A DNA stretch of 64,000 nt from an uncultured Clostridia bacterium (lineage in GTDB: Bacteria; Bacillota; Clostridia; Christensenellales; UBA1242), in NCBI GenBank assembly GCA_934756675.1, contig CAKVLG010000002.1, forward strand, positions 64,339 to 128,338. Direction: 5' to 3'. Of this stretch, positions 52,078 to 60,613 are shown in pieces. Under the pieces are notes generated by a model that was not told where the DNA came from, did no database searches, and saw only the letters and a list, made by a program, of their open reading frames with translations. Numbering within the stretch: the first letter of the stretch is position 1; every line of letters begins with the position of its first letter. The position numbers were made by a program, and so were the translations under genes.

Positions 52078-54273
52078 ATGTACGGCAAAGTTATTGTAGA
52101 TATTGCAAGTAGTGAAATTGATAAGATTTTCGATTATAAACTCACGAAGGATATTCCTGTTGGTTCGCGAGTTTTTGTCCCTTTTGGCAATAGAACTATC
52201 GAAGGGTATCTTATTGACACATGCGAAAAAACAGACTTTGACGAAACAAAAATAAAGAGTATAATTTCTGCCATTGACCCGTTTCCGGTAATTCATGCCG
52301 ACCAACTTGAACTTTGCAAGTTTATGAAAAAAGAATATAAAATTGGCTATTGCGATGCTATAAGGTTGCTTATTCCAAGCGATATGCGTACGGGCAAGGT
52401 TCGCGATTTGGTCGAAGTTAAACTATCACTTAGTGACGATGACGCTGCTAAAGAATATATGTCGCACTTGCGTGCTAATGCCGATAAACAACGTGGCGCA
52501 ATACTTGATTTGTTATCTTGTGGCGAAGAATCGCAGGCAACACTTAACAAAAAGTATGGCAATTCAGCTATTAATAAACTTAAACAAGAAAACTTAATTA
52601 AATCCCGCAATGTTGTTAAGTTCCGCAAACCATATAGCGAGCTTAAGCAAATTGCAAACAAAGTCAACCTTACACCAAACCAACAAAAGGTTGTAGATAG
52701 TGTTCTGTCTGCACCACAAACGTACTTGCTTCATGGTGTAACGGGCAGTGGAAAAACAGAAGTATATATGCATATAATTGAAAAAGTTATATCGCAAGGC
52801 AAAACAGCAATTATGCTAGTTCCAGAAATCTCGCTCACGCCACAAGTGCTATCGGTATTCCGCGCAAGGTTTGGCGAAAATGTTGCACTTTTACATAGCG
52901 GTCTTTCTAGTGGAGAGCGTTTTGACGAATTTAAAAGATTGCTCATGGGCGATGCAAAAATCGTAGTTGGTGCAAGGTCAGCAATTTTCGCGCCACTCGA
53001 AAATATCGGAATTATAATAATTGACGAAGAGCACGACGGCTCGTATAAAAGTGAATCTAACCCAAGATATAACACTATTGATGTAGCAAGAAAACGTGCA
53101 GAGATTTGTGGTTGTAGTTTGGTTTTGGGATCGGCTACACCGTCACTTGATAGTTATTACAATGCCATGAATGGTACATATAAGCTACTTGAAATGCGTG
53201 AAAGAATAAATAAACGTGAACTTCCACCAATCAAAATTGTCGACATGTGTGAAGAAGTTAGGCAAGGCAACCGCGGGTTGTTTTCGGACGCGCTTTTAAC
53301 CGCTTTGCAAAAAACAATCAAAGAAGGCAACCAAGCAATGTTATTCTTAAACAGACGCGGGTACACTTCGTTCATGATGTGTCGTGACTGCGGCTGGGTG
53401 GCTAAATGTGCCGATTGTGATGTGTCGCTTGTTTATCATAAAAAAGAGAATGTATTAAAATGTCATTATTGTGGAAATAGATACAAGGCATTTGATGTCT
53501 GTCCAAAGTGTGGTAGCAAAGATATAAAGGTTGGTTCTTGCGGAACTGAAAAGGTTGTTGAAGAATTAAAAGAGCATTTTCCAAACGTCAGCATTGGACG
53601 TATGGATAACGACACAACGCAGACAAAAGGCTCGCATGTAAAGATTTTATCTGATTTCAAAGAAGGCAAAACACAAATATTGGTCGGTACGCAAATGATA
53701 GCAAAAGGTCACGACTTTCCGTCTGTTACACTTGTTGGAATAATTGATGCCGATGTAAGTTTGTATCAAAGTTCATATAGTGCGACGGAGCGAACCTTCC
53801 AATTAATAACCCAGGTTGCTGGGCGTGCTGGTAGGGCAGACAAAACTGGCGAAATTATCCTTCAAACTTATGTGCCAAGGCACTATATCTATAAAATGGC
53901 TGCGGTATATGATTATGCTGGGTTTTATAAAAAGGAAGCTAACTTGCGTGAAACAACAGCATATCCGCCTTTTGCAAAAATAATTAGGTTACTTTTCACA
54001 AGCTTAGACGAACAACTTGTAAAAGATGCCTGCAAGGTGTATTATGATAATGTAAAACAGTTAGCGAAAGAATATTCTGATGAATTTATCTACCTTGGCG
54101 TTATGAAATCGCCAGTTGGCAGAATTCAAGGCAAGTTTAGATATCAAATTCTAATGCGATTAAAACTTGAGAAATCTAGTGAGATAATCGACAAGTTATA
54201 TTCTCTCGCAGATAAACTAAAAACAAAAGGAGTTACATGTTTTGTGGAAATCAATCCGCAAACACTAAATTAA
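52078..54273 (+). CDS. priA: Primosomal protein N' (replication restart helicase)
   Basis: GVTGSGKTEVY Walker A, IIDEEHD motif and zinc-binding CRDCG..C.DC..C..CG..C.KCG. Start moved to ATG 52078 because the track's TTG start lies inside the terminator stem. Confidence 0.93.
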   Translation: MYGKVIVDIASSEIDKIFDYKLTKDIPVGSRVFVPFGNRTIEGYLIDTCEKTDFDETKIKSIISAIDPFPVIHADQLELCKFMKKEYKIGYCDAIRLLIPSDMRTGKVRDLVEVKLSLSDDDAAKEYMSHLRANADKQRGAILDLLSCGEESQATLNKKYGNSAINKLKQENLIKSRNVVKFRKPYSELKQIANKVNLTPNQQKVVDSVLSAPQTYLLHGVTGSGKTEVYMHIIEKVISQGKTAIMLVPEISLTPQVLSVFRARFGENVALLHSGLSSGERFDEFKRLLMGDAKIVVGARSAIFAPLENIGIIIIDEEHDGSYKSESNPRYNTIDVARKRAEICGCSLVLGSATPSLDSYYNAMNGTYKLLEMRERINKRELPPIKIVDMCEEVRQGNRGLFSDALLTALQKTIKEGNQAMLFLNRRGYTSFMMCRDCGWVAKCADCDVSLVYHKKENVLKCHYCGNRYKAFDVCPKCGSKDIKVGSCGTEKVVEELKEHFPNVSIGRMDNDTTQTKGSHVKILSDFKEGKTQILVGTQMIAKGHDFPSVTLVGIIDADVSLYQSSYSATERTFQLITQVAGRAGRADKTGEIILQTYVPRHYIYKMAAVYDYAGFYKKEANLRETTAYPPFAKIIRLLFTSLDEQLVKDACKVYYDNVKQLAKEYSDEFIYLGVMKSPVGRIQGKFRYQILMRLKLEKSSEIIDKLYSLADKLKTKGVTCFVEINPQTLN

Positions 54274-54275
54274 AA

Positions 54276-54749
54276 ATGGCAAGAAGACGAATTTTATTAT
54301 TAGGTGACGAAACGTTAAGAAAAAAGAGTAAACCAGTTGAAGTCTTCGACGATAATTTAAAAACGCTAGTAAAAGATATGTTCGAAACAATGTATAAGGC
54401 AGAAGGTGCAGGCTTAGCTGCTGTTCAAGTTGGGTTACTCAAGCGTTTATTTGTTGTTAATGTTGGCGGCGGGGAACTTGTTTTTGTCAACCCAGAAATT
54501 CTTGAAACTCAAGGTAAACAAAAAAGCAAGGTCGAAGCTTGCCTGTCTATTCCTGGTAAATGGGGCGAAGTGGAAAGACCAAATAAGGTCAGAATTAAAT
54601 ATCAAGACGAGAATGGTAATTTTCATGAAGAAACATTTGTTGGTTATGCTTGTAAGGCTGTTTGCCACGAGTATGACCATCTAGATGGTATTTTGTATAT
54701 CGACAAAGCTATAAAAATGCACGACAATAATGAAGGAGAAAGTAATTAA
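54276..54749 (+). CDS. def: Peptide deformylase
   Basis: GLAAVQVG, EACLS and HEYDHLDG motifs. ATG 54276 (MARRRILLLGDE...). Confidence 0.95.
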   Translation: MARRRILLLGDETLRKKSKPVEVFDDNLKTLVKDMFETMYKAEGAGLAAVQVGLLKRLFVVNVGGGELVFVNPEILETQGKQKSKVEACLSIPGKWGEVERPNKVRIKYQDENGNFHEETFVGYACKAVCHEYDHLDGILYIDKAIKMHDNNEGESN

Positions 54750-55708
54750 TGAAAATAATATTTCTTGGTTCGCCAGAGTTTGCGGTTATCTGCTTAAAAA
54801 AGGTTCTGCAAACAAAGCATAAAGTTTTAGCAGTTATCACGCAACCAGATAAACCTGGTAATCGTGGTAAAATTACACCACCACCACTAAAAGTTTTTGC
54901 AGAAAGTCAAGGCATTCCTGTTTACCAGTTTCCAAAAATTTCAAGAGATGGTATTGAAATTTTAAAAGAATTAAATCCAGATTTAATGGTTACGGCTGCT
55001 TATGGTCAAATTTTGAGCCAACAGATTATAGATATTCCACGCTATGGAATAATTAATGTGCATGCGTCACTTCTGCCAAAGTATCGTGGTGCTAGTCCAA
55101 TTCAAAGTGCAATTATTGCTGGTGAAAGTGAAACGGGAATAACTATTATGCAAACAGAAGCAGGGCTTGATACGGGCGATATTATTTCTGTTGAAAAAGT
55201 CAAAATTAACGGCGATGAAACTGCCGGAGAACTTGCGTTGAAATTGGCTTATATCGGTGGTGACTTGCTCTGCCGAACACTTGACGATATTGAATGTCAA
55301 GAAGTCGAAAGAGTTAAACAGATGTCCGAAAATGCGATAATCACAAGTAAACTTAAACGTGAAGATGCATTGATTACTTGGCAAAAAACTGCTGAACAAA
55401 TTAAAAATCTTGTTCTTGGTGCAAACCCGGATCCAATCGCATATGCCTCTCTAAATGACGAACAAGTTAAGATATATCGTGCTAAAATAGCAGATAATGA
55501 TATTGAGTCTACTAGTGAGCCAGTTGGCACGGTGCTCAAATGCAGCTCAAGCAAGCATGGAGTGTTTGTTCAGTGTGGCTATGGTGTACTCGAACTATTA
55601 GATATTCAATTTCCAGGTGGTAGAATTGCACCAGCAAAAGCATTTTTTGGTGGACGCCGCATAAAGGTGGGCGACCGCTTCCAAGGTAGGATACCGACAG
55701 ATGAGTAA
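54749..55708 (+). CDS. fmt: Methionyl-tRNA formyltransferase
   Basis: The segment HASLLPKYRGASPIQ and the def-fmt gene order. Confidence 0.95.
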   Translation: MKIIFLGSPEFAVICLKKVLQTKHKVLAVITQPDKPGNRGKITPPPLKVFAESQGIPVYQFPKISRDGIEILKELNPDLMVTAAYGQILSQQIIDIPRYGIINVHASLLPKYRGASPIQSAIIAGESETGITIMQTEAGLDTGDIISVEKVKINGDETAGELALKLAYIGGDLLCRTLDDIECQEVERVKQMSENAIITSKLKREDALITWQKTAEQIKNLVLGANPDPIAYASLNDEQVKIYRAKIADNDIESTSEPVGTVLKCSSSKHGVFVQCGYGVLELLDIQFPGGRIAPAKAFFGGRRIKVGDRFQGRIPTDE

Positions 55709-56744
55709 TTTGATTAATATGCAAGATTTTACTAAACAAGAATTAGCTAGCCAGCTAGCTACTTTTTCGTTGCCTAAATATAGAATAGATCAAATATATT
55801 CATGGCTTGCAACATATACGCCAATTATGGAGATGACAAACTTGCCACTTGATGTTCGTGAAAAGTTGGCAGAAAAATTCACATCAACGCCAGTTGAAAT
55901 TGTAAAAGTTTTTAAGTCGAAAAAAGATCCTACAAAAAAATTCTTATTCAAAATGACTGATGGCGAAATTGTCGAAGGTGTGCTCATGAACTATAAGTAT
56001 GGCAATACTCTTTGCATTTCTTCGCAAGTTGGTTGTCGAATGGGGTGTAAGTTTTGCGCCAGTGGGCTCGACGGGCTTATCCGCAACTTATCAGCAGGTG
56101 AAATTTTGAGCGAAGTGCTTGCTGTTAACAAGTTTGAGGGTGGCACGCTAGAAGATAGAAAAATCACAAATATTGTATTAATGGGTAGCGGCGAACCTCT
56201 AGATAACTATGATAATGTAGTAAAATTCATAAAGCTTGTCAGCTCGCCAGATGGAATTAATATTTCTCAGCGTAACATTTCGCTTTCGACTTGCGGTCTG
56301 GCAAACAGAATAAAAGATTTGACAGACGAGGATTTAAACATTACACTAACAATATCATTGCATGCTACAACAGACGAAAAACGTCAAGAAACTATGAAAG
56401 TAGCAAAGGCTTATAACTTGTCAGAACTCTTTGATGCAATTAGATATTACTTTAACAAAACAAAACGTCGTATTGTGTTTGAATACATTATGCTTCCAGA
56501 TAACACATCAAAAGAAGACGCAAAAAGACTTAAGGAATTAACAAAAGGCTTGTCGTGCCACATAAACTTAATACCAGTTAACTCTACACCAAGCCACATG
56601 AAAACAATAACAAAACAAGAGCAAACCGCTTTTTGGACAGAACTTAAAAATGTTGGTTTGTCTGCAACCACAAGGCGTACACTTGGCGAAGATATCGAGG
56701 GTGCGTGTGGTCAGCTTAGAAGAAGATTCTTAAAGGGGAAATAA
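55701..56744 (+). CDS. rlmN: 23S rRNA/tRNA A2503/A37 C2-methyltransferase RlmN
   Basis: Radical SAM motif CRMGCKFC and the C-terminal GEDIEGACGQL. Confidence 0.93.
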   Translation: MSNLINMQDFTKQELASQLATFSLPKYRIDQIYSWLATYTPIMEMTNLPLDVREKLAEKFTSTPVEIVKVFKSKKDPTKKFLFKMTDGEIVEGVLMNYKYGNTLCISSQVGCRMGCKFCASGLDGLIRNLSAGEILSEVLAVNKFEGGTLEDRKITNIVLMGSGEPLDNYDNVVKFIKLVSSPDGINISQRNISLSTCGLANRIKDLTDEDLNITLTISLHATTDEKRQETMKVAKAYNLSELFDAIRYYFNKTKRRIVFEYIMLPDNTSKEDAKRLKELTKGLSCHINLIPVNSTPSHMKTITKQEQTAFWTELKNVGLSATTRRTLGEDIEGACGQLRRRFLKGK

Positions 56745-56746
56745 TT

Positions 56747-57463
56747 ATGGCAATGTTTAGAATTATACGTGTATCGCCATCTATCTTACCAATTGATTAT
56801 AAAGATAAAGAAGTTGTAGCCGATACAATAAAAAAACTTGAAAAGGCAGGTGCAAGCTGCATTCACTTTGATGTTATGGACGGTAAATTTGTCGAGAAAA
56901 AGACATTTGATTATAAGCTTGTAGATTATGCCAGAAATTTAACAAGATTACTCATTGATGTGCATCTTATGGTTTCAAGTCCCGAAAAAATTATCGATAA
57001 GTATTTACATGCTGGTGCAGATATATTATCGGTGCATTACGAAGCTTTTAAAGATTATAGTGTGCTCGAAGAAACTCTAGCAAAAATCAAAGCAAGGAAT
57101 GTTTTAGCTGGTGTGGCAATCAATCCAGAAACCCCTGCATATAAAATCCGCGACTTATTAAAAGCTGGACTAGTGGACGTAGTCAATGTTATGGGTGTTG
57201 AGCCTGGTGACTATGGAAGAGAATTTATTCCTGGATCTGCCGAAAAGGTTGCGGAAGTGCGAGAAATGGATAAAAGCGTTTATATTGAAATTGATGGCGG
57301 TGTAAATGTCCGCAATGCAAAGATACTTCGCAAGCTCGGTGCAAATATTTTAGTTAGTGGTAGCACAATATTTAATTCGAAAAACTGGAAGTTAACAATA
57401 AAGCAATTAAAAGGCAACGACTTTGGTACACAAATAAAAAATTTCTTTTCTAAAAATAAATAG
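56747..57463 (+). CDS. rpe: Ribulose-phosphate 3-epimerase
   Basis: SPSIL..D and HFDVMDG motifs. 238 aa. Confidence 0.9.
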   Translation: MAMFRIIRVSPSILPIDYKDKEVVADTIKKLEKAGASCIHFDVMDGKFVEKKTFDYKLVDYARNLTRLLIDVHLMVSSPEKIIDKYLHAGADILSVHYEAFKDYSVLEETLAKIKARNVLAGVAINPETPAYKIRDLLKAGLVDVVNVMGVEPGDYGREFIPGSAEKVAEVREMDKSVYIEIDGGVNVRNAKILRKLGANILVSGSTIFNSKNWKLTIKQLKGNDFGTQIKNFFSKNK

Positions 57464-57509
57464 CAAAGACAATCGCTCGAACATAATATAAGGTAAGGGG
57501 AGAGTGATT

Positions 57510-57599
57510 ATGACAATAGTTTGCATAAAGGCTCCAAAATGCCTATCGGGTTTGCTGCGATTGTTTGCAAAGAGCGGCAAAACAAAAGAACGCGAATAA
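57510..57599 (+). CDS. spoVM: Stage V sporulation protein M (micro-ORF, 29 aa)
   Basis: GGGGAG SD, 7-nt spacer, ATG. MTIVCIKAPKCLSGLLRLFAKSGKTKERE aligns with B. subtilis SpoVM MKFYTIKLPKFLGGIVRAMLGSFRKD through a shared IK.PK.L.G..R pattern. It has the same genomic slot (rpe ... spoVM-rpmB) and is followed by the hairpin AAGAACGCG-AATAAAC-CGCGTTCTT plus a T-run. Confidence 0.75.
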   Translation: MTIVCIKAPKCLSGLLRLFAKSGKTKERE

Positions 57600-57661
57600 A
57601 CCGCGTTCTTTTTTATGTTTTTTAGTAAAATAAAAAACGCCATAACGGCGTTAATTATCTA

Positions 57662-57847
57662 TTACTTGTCTTTTTTAGAACCCTTCATACACTTTGTGCA
57701 CATATACTTGTGAGATACTTTTCCGTCTTCTTCAACGGCTACTTTGTGCAAATTTGGTGCGTAAGAAGTTTTAGTTTTAATATTAGAATGACTAACAAGG
57801 TTGCCTGTCATTTTACCTTTGCCACAAACACTGCAAACTCTGCTCAT
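57662..57847 (-). CDS. rpmB: 50S ribosomal protein L28
   Basis: [26 protein letters not shown]... is typical of L28. AGGAGG SD. Terminator AACGCC-ATAAC-GGCGTT at 57636-57652. Confidence 0.95.
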   Translation of the reverse strand: MSRVCSVCGKGKMTGNLVSHSNIKTKTSYAPNLHKVAVEEDGKVSHKYMCTKCMKGSKKDK

Positions 57848-58035
57848 AACTGTTCCTCCTAAATTGATACGTCAAAATGATAACACGAACTCGAAAATTT
57901 TGCAACAAATATTTGAAAAAAGTTAAAATACTTTTAAAAATTCTTTTAGATAGTCAAAAAACCTTGCAAAATGTTAACAATTATTGTATTATTATATCGG
58001 TTGAAAATCCGACAACTAAATAAAAAGGAGATATT

Positions 58036-58386
58036 ATGGCTGTAAACACCATTAATTCATATGGTAAAATTTCAGTAACTGACGAGTCTATTGCTGGGGT
58101 AGTTAGCCACGCCGCACTCGAGTGTTATGGCGTTGTTGACCTTGTTGCAAGGAAACTTGGCGATTCGCTTGCAGATATTTTTAGAAAAAATAGAAAAACA
58201 CGTGGCATCAAAATTCTCACCATTGGCGATAGAATACACATTGACCTAGACATAATTTTGAAGTACGGCGTTAGCATCAATGCGGTTGCTGAATCAGTTA
58301 GAAGATCTGTTAAATATAATGTCGAACAATTCACAGGCATGATTGTAGATTCTGTGAATATAAATGTAGTAGGAGTAAGAGTATAA
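58036..58386 (+). CDS. Asp23/Gls24 family envelope stress protein (YloU-like)
   Basis: 116 aa with an AAGGAG SD. Pattern GKISVTDESIAGVVSHAALECYGVV. Paired with a yloV-like gene. Confidence 0.85.
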   Translation: MAVNTINSYGKISVTDESIAGVVSHAALECYGVVDLVARKLGDSLADIFRKNRKTRGIKILTIGDRIHIDLDIILKYGVSINAVAESVRRSVKYNVEQFTGMIVDSVNINVVGVRV

Positions 58387-58434
58387 ATCGTCTAACAAGC
58401 TGTTAGGCTTTTTATCGTAGCAAAGGAAAGAGAT

Positions 58435-60072
58435 ATGAGTAAAAGTATAACTGGCGCATTGTTCCGCAAAATGGTAATTTCAGGCGCCAACTATTTGGAA
58501 GAGAATAGTGAATATGTAAACCAATTAAACGTGTTCCCAGTGCCAGACGGCGATACAGGAACAAATATGTCACTTACAATGAAAAGTGTTGTTCGTGAAC
58601 TTAATATGTGTACAAATAACAATATGGATGCTATTTGTGACGCAATTAGCAAAGGTGCGCTTAAAGGTGCACGTGGTAACTCTGGTGTTATCCTTTCACA
58701 AATTCTAAAAGGTTTCACATCAGTTTTAGTTTCAGAAACAAAAATAACTTCAAAACTTTTTGCAAAGGCACTTAAAGAAGGTGCAGATGTTGCATATCAA
58801 GCTGTAACCAAACCAAAAGAAGGTACAGTTCTAACTGTTATTAGAGTTATGAGTGAAGAGTCTGTTAAGATAGCTAAAAAGAAAGAGGATTTAGCTGAGT
58901 TCTTAAAAGACACTTTGGAAGTTGGTGAAGAAACTTTAAAAATGACACCAGAAATGCTTCCAGTACTTAAAAAAGCTGGCGTTGTTGATGCTGGTGGTCG
59001 TGGTTTACTTGTATTATTAAACGGCTTTTTAAAAGTATTATGTGGCGACGAAAGTAGTGTTCAACTCGATTTAAGTTCTGACCAATTAACTGTTAATAAT
59101 CTAACAGAAACAATTGTTGACTATAATGATTTGGCAGATATTGAATTCGCTTATTGTACAGAATTTTTTGTTATCAACATTAACAAAAAGACAACTGAAG
59201 CCGATATCGACAAGTTAAGAGAACACTTAATGGCGATTGGTGATAGTGTTATTTGTATCGGCGACCTTAACCTTATAAAGGTTCACGTTCATACAAACGA
59301 ACCAAACGTTGCTTTGGGGTATGCTCTTAAACTTGGTGAACTTAACGGCGTTAAAATTGAAAACATGCTCGAACAAAACCGTGCACTTAAAATAAAACAG
59401 GAACCAGAAGAATTGAAACAAATTGGTGTTGTAACCGTTTGTGCTGGTGAAGGTTTAGCTAACATCTTCCGTGATCTTGGTGTTGATTATGTTATTGAAG
59501 GTGGTCAAACAATGAACCCAAGTGCCGAAGATATTGCAAAAGTAGTAGATAAAGTTCCAGCAGAAAATGTATTCGTTCTTCCAAACAACAAAAATATTAT
59601 ATTGGCAGCTGAACTTGCTAACGATTTGTCTAGAAGAAACATCCATGTTATTCCAACAACATCTGTTCCACAAGGTATTACCGCTGCAATCAACATTGCG
59701 TCTGAAGCAAGTGTAGAAGATAATAAAAACATGGTTAAAGATGCGATTAAAGATGTTGTTAGTGGTTCTGTTACATATGCAGTTCGTGCAACGAGCATTG
59801 ATGGCTTCAAACTTAAAGAAGGCGATATTATCGGTCTTGGTGAAAAGAACATTATTGCTAAAGGTGAAGACGTAAACAAAACAACACTCACAACTATCGA
59901 AAAACTCATGAAAGATAATGCTGCAACATTGACATTGTTCTATGGTAACGATGTTAGCCAAGAAACAGCAGACAAATTGGTTGAAACTCTTAGTGAAAAA
60001 TATCCAAATATAGAAGTTGAGTGCCACAGTGGTGGGCAACCTTTATACTATTATTTGATTTCTATCGAATAA
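58435..60072 (+). CDS. DAK2-domain fusion protein (YloV, FakA-like)
   Basis: 545 aa. N-terminal Dak2 pattern (NVFPVPDGDTGTNM) and conserved yloU-yloV synteny. Confidence 0.85.
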   Translation: MSKSITGALFRKMVISGANYLEENSEYVNQLNVFPVPDGDTGTNMSLTMKSVVRELNMCTNNNMDAICDAISKGALKGARGNSGVILSQILKGFTSVLVSETKITSKLFAKALKEGADVAYQAVTKPKEGTVLTVIRVMSEESVKIAKKKEDLAEFLKDTLEVGEETLKMTPEMLPVLKKAGVVDAGGRGLLVLLNGFLKVLCGDESSVQLDLSSDQLTVNNLTETIVDYNDLADIEFAYCTEFFVININKKTTEADIDKLREHLMAIGDSVICIGDLNLIKVHVHTNEPNVALGYALKLGELNGVKIENMLEQNRALKIKQEPEELKQIGVVTVCAGEGLANIFRDLGVDYVIEGGQTMNPSAEDIAKVVDKVPAENVFVLPNNKNIILAAELANDLSRRNIHVIPTTSVPQGITAAINIASEASVEDNKNMVKDAIKDVVSGSVTYAVRATSIDGFKLKEGDIIGLGEKNIIAKGEDVNKTTLTTIEKLMKDNAATLTLFYGNDVSQETADKLVETLSEKYPNIEVECHSGGQPLYYYLISIE

Positions 60073-60073
60073 T

Positions 60074-60200
60074 TTTCTCGGCAAAATTTTGCATTCTAGT
60101 TCAGAAATTAAAAAAATCTCAGACAGTTATGTACGATTAAGTACACGCCTGCCTGAGATTTTTTTATTTCTTTCTATAATATCAAAATTTTGCCGAGAAA
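60074..60200. repeat. 17-bp perfect inverted repeat enclosing the yloV terminator
   Basis: TTTCTCGGCAAAATTTT (60074-60090) pairs with AAAATTTTGCCGAGAAA (60184-60200). The inner hairpin ATCTCAGACAG...CTGCCTGAGAT (60116-60159) is followed by a T-run and forms the intrinsic terminator. Confidence 0.7.
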
Positions 60201-60326
60201 TAAATAACTTCGCAGCGGCTGGTGTTAAGTCGCTTTTTTTATTTTCAGTGCTTGACATCTTGAGCGGATTTGTAGTAGTAGTTCTGAAAATAAAGCAGCA
60301 ATCTTATTTGTAATGTGAAATGCATG

Positions 60327-60473
60327 AAGTAGATTTTTCGGCGCGGCTTGGTGCCTTGCTCAAAATGACCAGGTGGGTGGTTTGGTGTAGTATCAAAAAA
60401 TAGATGTAGTGGTTTTTAAGTTTTCAGTCCATGTCATTCAGAGAAACACGCGAGTGTTTCGAAGAATCTACTT
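60327..60473. other. Candidate structured RNA or relic element (GC-rich island closed by a long-range helix)
   Basis: AAGTAGATTTTTC (60327-60339) pairs with GAAGAATCTACTT (60461-60473): 13 bp including one G-T wobble. Inside is the hairpin GAAACAC-GCGA-GTGTTTC (60443-60460) with a GNRA loop, plus a locally G+C-rich core (CGGCGCGGCTTGGTGCC...CCAGGTGGGTGG). Strand and identity unknown. Confidence 0.3.
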
Positions 60474-60613
60474 TGTACTCATAATTCTGTAAATAAAAAG
60501 CAGACTATTGTGTAAACAAACAAAGCGGTAAAAAATTAGCACAATATAAAAATAAGCGGAATTCAATTTAAAATTGGTTTTGTTGTAGGGTGTATGTGTG
60601 GTATAATTAAGTC

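Noticed and set aside
59455-60039. Long antisense ORFs inside well-supported genes, e.g. 59455-60039, 24606-25046, 16963-17463, 38418-38897 and 30268-30699.
   Set aside because: They lie opposite strongly supported genes (yloV, rnj, a tail protein gene, lepA, helD). They lack SD sequences and have odd low-complexity composition. These are typical shadow ORFs of AT-rich coding DNA.
60089-60313. 74-aa + strand ORF downstream of yloV.
   Set aside because: It starts inside the 17-bp inverted repeat, runs through an intrinsic terminator and has no SD.
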